From the NCBI GenBank assembly GCA_031459875.1, contig JAVKHQ010000010.1, positions 22,281-86,280 on the forward strand: a stretch of 64,000 nucleotides of DNA, read 5' to 3'. The position numbers and the translations under genes were made by a program. The DNA comes from Candidatus Fervidifonticultor sextus. Lineage in GTDB: Bacteria > Sysuimicrobiota > Sysuimicrobiia > Sysuimicrobiales > Humicultoraceae. Below are positions 57,852-64,000 of the stretch, in pieces (the first letter of the stretch is position 1; each line of letters opens with the position of its first letter). The notes beneath the pieces are model-generated. The model was not told the origin of the DNA and ran no database searches. It worked only from the letters and a program-made list of their open reading frames with translations.

Positions 57852-59701
57852 CCGGCGGGACCGTCACCGTGACGTTCGCCGCGAAGGGGCGCGCGGTCTC
57901 GGTCCCGGCGGGCACGACCGTGCTCCAGGCCGCGCAGCAGGCGGGGTGCAGCATCACGGCCACGTGCGGCGCGCGCGGGCGCTGCCGGAGCTGCCGCGTG
58001 CAGATCGTCGGCGGGAGCGTGCCCCCAGCGGGGCTCGCCGACCGCATCCAGCTCGGCGACGACGAGGTAGGGGAGCGCTACCGTCTGGCCTGCCAGGCCG
58101 AGGTCTGGGACGACCTGACGGTCCTGGTGGCGCCGGTCTTCGAGGAGGCGGCCTTTCAGATCCTGGCAGAGACGCGGGCGCTGCGCTCGGCGGCGGGCTT
58201 CATCCTGGACTCGGGCGTGGTCAAGACCCATCTCGTCCCCTCGCCCCCGGCCAGCGAGGAACATCCGGCATCGGACCTTGAGGCCCTGCTGCGTCACCTT
58301 GACCGCGAAGTCGGCGATGTGCCCCTCGACGTGCTCCGGCGCATCCCGGGTACGCTGCGGACCGGATCGTCCGGCCTGACCGCCGTCCTCTTCGACCGCA
58401 CGCTGCTGGCCGTCGAGCCCGGCGACACGCGCACCGAAGCCTACGGGATGGCGTTCGACATCGGGACCACCACGGTCGTCGGCTACCTGGTGGACCTCTG
58501 GAGCGGCACGGTGGCGGCGACGGCCGCCGGCCTCAACCCCCAGTCGGCCTTCGGCGGCGACCTGATGTCGCGCATCGCCTTCGCGCAGGAAGATCCGGCC
58601 AACGTGCGCCGGCTCCACACCCGGATCCTCCAGCTGCTGAATGGACAGATCGAAGAGGTCTGCAACCGGGCGGGAGTGGACCGGGAGCGCATCTACAAGG
58701 TCGTGGTGGTGGGCAACACCGCCATGCACCACCTGTTCTTGGGCATCGATCCCACCTACGTGGGCCAGGCGCCGTATGCGCCCGGCGTCCGGCGCGGCCT
58801 CCGGGTGGCCGCGTCCGACGTGGGACTGCGGCTGCGCCCACCGACCCCCGTGTGCCTGCTCCCAATCGTGGCGGGCTTCGTGGGCGCCGACGCCGTAGGC
58901 ATGGTGCTGTCCACCCGCCTCGACGAGAGCCGCGCGCCCCGCATCGCCGCCGACATCGGTACGAACGGCGAGATGGTCATGGCATCCCCCGATGGGCTGC
59001 TCGCCTGCTCGGCCCCTGCCGGCCCGGCGCTGGAAGGCGCGCAACTCCGCTGCGGCATGCGCGCCGCCCGCGGCGCCATCGACCAGGTCCGCATCGACGG
59101 GGACGTCTGCTACCACGTGATCGGCTCGGGGGCCCCGCTGGGCGTGTGCGGGTCCGGCATTCTGGACGCGATCGCCGGGCTGCTCGACGCCGGCCTCCTG
59201 GACGCCGGCGGCCGGCTCCATCCCGAGCCGCCGGCCTCGGCGCCGGACGCCCTGCGACGCCGGGTGGTCACACTCGCCGACGGGCGGCCGGCGTTCGTCC
59301 TGGCGGACGCGTCCGAGAGCGCGACGGGGCAGGCCATCGTCCTGACCCAGGCGGACATCCGGCAGGTCCAGCTGGCCAAGGGCGCAATCCGCAGCGGGAT
59401 CGCCATGCTCCTGCACCTGACGCAGACCCCCGCCGACCGGCTCGCCGAGGTGATGCTGGCGGGCGGGTTCGGCAACTACCTGAACATCCGCAGCGCCGTC
59501 CGGGTCGGCCTGATCCCTCCCCTGCCGGTCGACCGGGTCACCTATGTGGGGAACGCCGCAGGGCTGGGCGCGCAGATGGCGTTGGTCTCGGAAACGGAGC
59601 GGGGTCGGGCGGAGGCGCTGGCCCGCCGCATCCGGCACGTCTCGCTGGCCACGCACCCGGCGTTCCAGGAGGTCTTCCTGGACGCCCTGCGATTTGGATG
59701 A
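57848..59701 (+). CDS. ASKHA-type reductive activator of corrinoid proteins (RACo/RamA-like) with N-terminal 2Fe-2S domain
   Basis: CGARGRCRSC...RLACQ; DIGTTTV, NPQ..FGGDLMSRI, GFVGAD, DIGTNGE, AGPALEG, GVCGSG, QLAKGAI, LAGGFG. Confidence 0.92.
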   Translation: MTGGTVTVTFAAKGRAVSVPAGTTVLQAAQQAGCSITATCGARGRCRSCRVQIVGGSVPPAGLADRIQLGDDEVGERYRLACQAEVWDDLTVLVAPVFEEAAFQILAETRALRSAAGFILDSGVVKTHLVPSPPASEEHPASDLEALLRHLDREVGDVPLDVLRRIPGTLRTGSSGLTAVLFDRTLLAVEPGDTRTEAYGMAFDIGTTTVVGYLVDLWSGTVAATAAGLNPQSAFGGDLMSRIAFAQEDPANVRRLHTRILQLLNGQIEEVCNRAGVDRERIYKVVVVGNTAMHHLFLGIDPTYVGQAPYAPGVRRGLRVAASDVGLRLRPPTPVCLLPIVAGFVGADAVGMVLSTRLDESRAPRIAADIGTNGEMVMASPDGLLACSAPAGPALEGAQLRCGMRAARGAIDQVRIDGDVCYHVIGSGAPLGVCGSGILDAIAGLLDAGLLDAGGRLHPEPPASAPDALRRRVVTLADGRPAFVLADASESATGQAIVLTQADIRQVQLAKGAIRSGIAMLLHLTQTPADRLAEVMLAGGFGNYLNIRSAVRVGLIPPLPVDRVTYVGNAAGLGAQMALVSETERGRAEALARRIRHVSLATHPAFQEVFLDALRFG

Positions 59702-59715
59702 GGAGGAGCGCACGC

Positions 59716-60633
59716 ATGGAGGCGCGGGGCAGGGAACTGCTGGAACGCCTGAGGACCGAGGTGCTGATCCTCGACGGCGCCATGGGCACGATGTTGTTCG
59801 AGGCCGGGCTCCAGGACGGCGCCTGCCCCGAACTGTGGAACGAGACCCGCCCCGAGGTGGTCGCCGGCATCCACCGGGCCTACCTGGAGGCCGGGGCGGA
59901 CATTGTCGAGACCAACACCTTCGGCGGCACCCGGCTCAAGCTGGCGCCCTACGAACTGCAGGCCCGGGCGCGGGATCTCAATGTCCTCGGCGCGCGCCTG
60001 GCCCGGTCGGTCTGCCCGCCGGGCAGGTACGTGGCGGGCTCCATCGGGCCGACCGGGCACCTGCCGGACACGCTGGCCGCGATGGGCGACGTGTCCCTGG
60101 ACGAGATGCGCGCCGCCTTCGCCGAGCAGGCCCTCGCACTCGCCGAGGGCGGCGTGGATTTCTTCGCGGTGGAGACGATGATGGTCCCCGACGAGGCCGT
60201 CGCCGCCATCCGCGCGGCCAAGGAGGCGACCGGACTGCCGGTGATGGCCACCATGTTCTTCCAGTACAACCGGCAGAAGCAGCGGGACCGCACGCTGTGG
60301 GGCTCTTCGCCGGCCGACGTGGCGCGGCTGTTGCTCGACGCCGGCGCGGACGTCGTCGGCTGCAACTGTGGAGAAGGCGGACCGGCCCGCGCCGCGGTGA
60401 TCATCCGGGAGATGCGGGAGGTGACCGCCGGCTTCCTGGCCGCCTACCCGAACGCCGGGATGCCCAGGGTCATCGACGACCGGACGGTCTACGACCTCGC
60501 GCCCGACGACATGGCAGCGGGCTACCCCGCGATCCTCGACGCCGGGGCCAACATCGTCGGCGCCTGCTGCGGCAGCACCCCCGAGCACATCCGGCGCATC
60601 GCCGAGGTGGTGCGCAGGCGCCGGACCCCGTAG
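59716..60633 (+). CDS. Homocysteine S-methyltransferase (MetH homocysteine-binding domain)
   Basis: LDGAMGTML, AGADIVETNTFG, AGSIGPTG, GCNC, YPNAGMP, GACCGSTPEHI with Zn-ligand Cys residues intact; AGGAGG RBS. Confidence 0.92.
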   Translation: MEARGRELLERLRTEVLILDGAMGTMLFEAGLQDGACPELWNETRPEVVAGIHRAYLEAGADIVETNTFGGTRLKLAPYELQARARDLNVLGARLARSVCPPGRYVAGSIGPTGHLPDTLAAMGDVSLDEMRAAFAEQALALAEGGVDFFAVETMMVPDEAVAAIRAAKEATGLPVMATMFFQYNRQKQRDRTLWGSSPADVARLLLDAGADVVGCNCGEGGPARAAVIIREMREVTAGFLAAYPNAGMPRVIDDRTVYDLAPDDMAAGYPAILDAGANIVGACCGSTPEHIRRIAEVVRRRRTP

Positions 60634-60651
60634 GCGCGAAAGGAGCAGGCC

Positions 60652-62025
60652 ATGGTGAGTTTCCTGGAGATCTGCCGGCGGGCGACGACCGGGCCCATCG
60701 TCGCCCCCGACGACTTCGACATGCAGCGCTTCGTCCCGAGCCTGCAGAAGGCCATCAAGCAACACGGCCTGAGCGCCCCGCCCAAAGACGCCGTCGTCCC
60801 CTGGGACGATGATCTGGCGGACCGCATCTTCCTGGCCGCCAAGGACTTCCTGGTGGACACCGGGTGCTACTGCCCGGACACCAACCGCGTGATCACCTTC
60901 ACGCGGGAAGAACTCGACGAGGCCATCCACCTGGCCCCCCGGCAGTGCCCGCTGGGCGAGGGGAAGGAGGCCAGATGCATGCGCCCGCGCCGGCCCGAAG
61001 ATCCCCAGCTCCCCTGGTGCCACGTCGGGGGCGGCATCCCGGTCTCCTCCGACGAGATCGCTTCGGCGGTGGTGGAGGGCTACGCGCGGATCCCCCACGC
61101 CGACTCCATGAGCATCCCGGCGCTGACCCGGATCCGCGGGATGCCGGTGCAGGCCGGCGCGCCCACGGAGATCTTCGCGGCCATCCAGTCGGTGCGGCTG
61201 GGCCGCGAGTCCATGCGGCGCGCGGGCCGGCCGGGCCTGCCCATCATCAACCTGCTCTCCACCTCGGCCTCGCCCATGGGCGTGCTGGCGGTCACCAATG
61301 CGGAATACGGCTTACGCCCCTCCGACGGGTGGTTGATCGTGTCGCTGTCGGAGATGAAACTGGACTACAACGTGATGAACAAGACGGCCGCCGTCCTGTC
61401 GTACGGCGGCAACGTGGGATTCGCCGCTGGCGCCATCTACGGCGGCTTCGCCGGCGGGGTCATCGGCTCGGCCGTGCTCAACGCCGCCTACATCATGGCC
61501 GGACCGCTGCTGGTGGGCGCCACCTACCACCTGCTGTACTCGCTGCACATCCAGCAGTCCAACTCCACATCGCGCGAGATGCTGACCAGCGTGGCCCTGG
61601 GCTGCCAGGCAGTCAGCCGGAACATGCCGTTCCCCTACTTCGACCTGGGCTACGCCGCAGCGGGTACGGCCACGCCGCAACTCTACGACGAGACCGCCGC
61701 GCGGATCATCACCGATGTGGCCAGCGGCGCCAACATCGAGACCGTGCATCCGGCCAAGGGCGTCCTCGTGGACAACTACAGCCCCATGGAGATGCGCTTC
61801 GCCTGCGAGGTGGCCCATGCGGCCGCCGGGATGAAGCGGCAGGACGCCAACGAGATCGTCAAGGCGCTGCTGGCCCGGTACGAACCACACCTCAGCGACC
61901 CGCCGCAGGGGTCCCGGTTCCAGGACTGCTACAACCTGGATACCCTGGAACCCACCCCGCAGCACTACGAGGTGTACGCACGGGCCAAGGAAGACCTGCG
62001 CCGACTCGGGCTGCCGCTGCGGTAG
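60652..62025 (+). CDS. mtmB: Monomethylamine:corrinoid methyltransferase (MtmB) family protein, non-pyrrolysine
   Basis: RATTGP, DDDLADRIF.AA, YCPDTNRVI.FT.EE, AGRPG, EMKLD, GGFAGG, PME, AGMKR.DANEIV, G.RFQDCY....EPT; 457 aa with no internal stop. Confidence 0.85.
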   Translation: MVSFLEICRRATTGPIVAPDDFDMQRFVPSLQKAIKQHGLSAPPKDAVVPWDDDLADRIFLAAKDFLVDTGCYCPDTNRVITFTREELDEAIHLAPRQCPLGEGKEARCMRPRRPEDPQLPWCHVGGGIPVSSDEIASAVVEGYARIPHADSMSIPALTRIRGMPVQAGAPTEIFAAIQSVRLGRESMRRAGRPGLPIINLLSTSASPMGVLAVTNAEYGLRPSDGWLIVSLSEMKLDYNVMNKTAAVLSYGGNVGFAAGAIYGGFAGGVIGSAVLNAAYIMAGPLLVGATYHLLYSLHIQQSNSTSREMLTSVALGCQAVSRNMPFPYFDLGYAAAGTATPQLYDETAARIITDVASGANIETVHPAKGVLVDNYSPMEMRFACEVAHAAAGMKRQDANEIVKALLARYEPHLSDPPQGSRFQDCYNLDTLEPTPQHYEVYARAKEDLRRLGLPLR

Positions 62026-62064
62026 GGCGCCCGACCGCAGGAACGTTTCGGGGGAGGCGTAGCG

Positions 62065-62736
62065 ATGGATGAGACCGCGATCCTCGAGGGCCTGAGGCAG
62101 GCTGTCCTGGACTACGACGCCGAGGCCGGCGCGCGCCTGGTCCGCGAGGGCCTGGAGGCCGGCATCCCTCCCCTCAGGTTGATCGACGACGGCCTCTCGC
62201 GCGGCATCGCCGTCATCGGCGAGAAGTTCCAGGCGATGGAGATCTTCCTGCCCGAGCTCATGATGGCCGCCAAGGTCTTCCTGGAGGCGATGAAGCTCCT
62301 GGAGCCGGCCATCCTGGCGATGGGCGAGGGGCGGCAGAAGCGGGGGGTCGCCGTCATCGGCACGGTCAAAGGCGACGTCCACTCCATCGGCAAGGACCTG
62401 TTCGGCACGCTGCTCAAGGTGGCGGGCTTCGAGGTCCACAACCTGGGCGTCAACGTGCACCCCGGGAAGTTCGTGGAGAAGGCGGAGGAGACCGGCGCCC
62501 AGATCGTGGGGCTGTCGGCCCTGATGACCACCACGATGCCGTCCATGCGGGAGGTGATCGAGTTCTTCGAGGCCCGGGGCATCCGGGAGCAGCACACCAT
62601 CATGGTCGGCGGCGGCCCGGTCACCGAGGGCTTCGCCCGGAAGATCCAGGCGGACGGCTACGGCCAGACGGCGCAGGACGGGGTGAACCTGGCGATCCAG
62701 TTCGTGGAGCAGATGCGCGCGGCCGGACGCGCCTGA
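62065..62736 (+). CDS. Cobalamin-binding corrinoid protein (MtmC/MttC-like; MetH cap + B12 domain)
   Basis: EIFLPELMMAA, GTVKGDVHSIGK (DxHxxG), GLSALMTTT, MVGGGP. Confidence 0.93.
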   Translation: MDETAILEGLRQAVLDYDAEAGARLVREGLEAGIPPLRLIDDGLSRGIAVIGEKFQAMEIFLPELMMAAKVFLEAMKLLEPAILAMGEGRQKRGVAVIGTVKGDVHSIGKDLFGTLLKVAGFEVHNLGVNVHPGKFVEKAEETGAQIVGLSALMTTTMPSMREVIEFFEARGIREQHTIMVGGGPVTEGFARKIQADGYGQTAQDGVNLAIQFVEQMRAAGRA

Positions 62737-62750
62737 TTAGCCAGGCCGCC

Positions 62751-63083
62751 ATGGCCGAGTACCGGATCACCTACTGGCGGCAGATCCCCTCGCAGGTTGA
62801 GGCGTTCGACGGGGCCGAGCGGGTCCGCCGTCCGCTCGACCGCCGGTTCCAGGAGTTGATTGATGCCGTAGCGATGCGGGACGGCGCGACCGGCATGGAG
62901 GCGTATCTGGAGGGGTGGAGGGTCGGTCCCCGCCTCGCGAGGGACGGCACGGCCCAGGGGGTGGCCGACGCGGTGGCGGGAGAACTGGAAGAGCAATTCG
63001 ATGTCGTCCGGAGGGCCGTGCTCAGCACACCGGACTCGCCGAGGAGTCCGGAGGGGTCAGGGCGAGGCTCAACGGCGCCGTGA
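62751..63083 (+). CDS. 'Virulence factor'-family small protein (often found with split MetH)
   Basis: ITYWRQIPSQV...L..RFQELIDAVAMR.G....AYL.GW. Confidence 0.7.
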   Translation: MAEYRITYWRQIPSQVEAFDGAERVRRPLDRRFQELIDAVAMRDGATGMEAYLEGWRVGPRLARDGTAQGVADAVAGELEEQFDVVRRAVLSTPDSPRSPEGSGRGSTAP

Positions 63084-63126
63084 TCACCCGGTGGTCTCAC
63101 GCCGGTGAATCCCGGGAGACCGCGGT

Positions 63127-64000
63127 TCAGCCCTGCAGGGTCAGGGCGCGCGGGCTGTCGGGAGGAAACCGGCAGACGACGCGGGCACCGACGGGGAACG
63201 CGCCGGCGCGGATACTCTGGACGTCGGCGGCCACCTCCCCGGCGCCGGTCGTAATCCTGACCCGCGTGATGGCCCCCAGAAAGGAGTGGGACACCACCCG
63301 ACCTGCCAGCGCACCCGCCGGCGGCTCGGCGTCCGGTGCGGCCTGCAGTTCGATGGCCTCGGGCCGCAGGAGCACCATCACCCGCTCGCCCCGGGGACGC
63401 CCCCGCACGGCGTGGACCTCCAGGCGCTCCCCGCGGCAGTCCACGAAGCCCCGACCGCCGTCGGTCACCTCGCCCACGAGCCGGTTCATGGTGCCGACGA
63501 ACTCGGCCACAAAGGGCGTGGCCGGCGCGCCGTAGATCTCCGGCGCCGTGCCCAGTTGTTCGATGCGGCCGGCCGACATGACCGCGATCCGGTCGGAGAT
63601 GGAGAGGGCCTCCTCCTGGTCGTGGGTGACGTAGAGGGTGGTGATCCCCAGGCTGGTCTGGATGCGCCGGATCTCCTCGCGCAACTGCACGCGCACGCGG
63701 GCATCCAGCGCCGAGAGGGGTTCATCGAGCAGCAGCACCCGCGGCTCGATGGCCAGCGCCCGGGCGAGCGCCACGCGCTGCTGCTGACCGCCCGAGAGCT
63801 GGTGCGGGTAGCGGGTGCGGGCGTGGGAGAGTCCGATCAACTCGAAGAGCCGATCCAGCCGCCGCGCCCGCTCGTCGGGCGCCACCCTGCGCAACCGCAG
63901 GCCGAACGCCACGTTTTCCTCGGCGGTCATGTTGGGGAACAGGCTGTAGGCCTGGAAGACCATCCCCATGTGGCGCCGGCTGGCCGGCAGGGTGGTGATG
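63127..64000 (-). CDS. ABC transporter ATP-binding protein (PotA/FbpC-like); 5' end outside window
   Basis: GMVFQAYSLFPNM, LSGGQQQR, DEPLSALD, TOBE; frame stays open to the window edge. Confidence 0.92.
   Translation of the reverse strand, partial: ITTLPASRRHMGMVFQAYSLFPNMTAEENVAFGLRLRRVAPDERARRLDRLFELIGLSHARTRYPHQLSGGQQQRVALARALAIEPRVLLLDEPLSALDARVRVQLREEIRRIQTSLGITTLYVTHDQEEALSISDRIAVMSAGRIEQLGTAPEIYGAPATPFVAEFVGTMNRLVGEVTDGGRGFVDCRGERLEVHAVRGRPRGERVMVLLRPEAIELQAAPDAEPPAGALAGRVVSHSFLGAITRVRITTGAGEVAADVQSIRAGAFPVGARVVCRFPPDSPRALTLQG

Noticed and set aside
60652..62025. Pyrrolysine (amber) recoding in mtmB
   Set aside because: No in-frame TAG; the equivalent codon is ATC, and no pylT/pylS/pylBCD was seen.
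62751..63083. Role in virulence
   Set aside because: The family name is historical; the context points to corrinoid methyl transfer.

Overview
GC-rich bacterial chromosomal window made up mostly of metabolic and transport genes. From left to right: a TetR regulator with an efflux adaptor fragment; a LonC-type protease; a PfkB kinase and GT4 glycosyltransferase; a NitT/TauT ABC transporter; a PerR-like regulator with a Dps-like ferritin; an aminotransferase; a Dpp-type transporter/amidohydrolase cluster with two LLM oxidoreductases; and an adenylate-cyclase/STAND/TPR protein. A decayed patch at ~27.8-30.5 kb holds IS630 and IS256 remnants. A nitrogen-assimilation cluster follows, with an unusual two-chain glutamate synthase, a PIN toxin-antitoxin pair and glnA with an attenuator-like leader, then a 2-aminoethylphosphonate ABC transporter with phnW. 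The most striking region is a ~16 kb divergent methylamine/one-carbon module at 46.7-63.1 kb. Its right arm encodes a pyrrolysine-free MtmB-family methyltransferase, its corrinoid protein, a fully split methionine synthase and a RACo/RamA activator. Its left arm encodes two paralogous dimethylglycine-dehydrogenase-like enzymes, a class III aminotransferase and malate synthase. Between the arms is a LuxR regulator with a pseudo-receiver and two tandem integrase-arm-like domains. No rRNA, tRNA or CRISPR array was recognised. All family calls come from motif recognition by eye, not database searches, and several start codons were re-chosen from the ORF track using RBS and overlap evidence.
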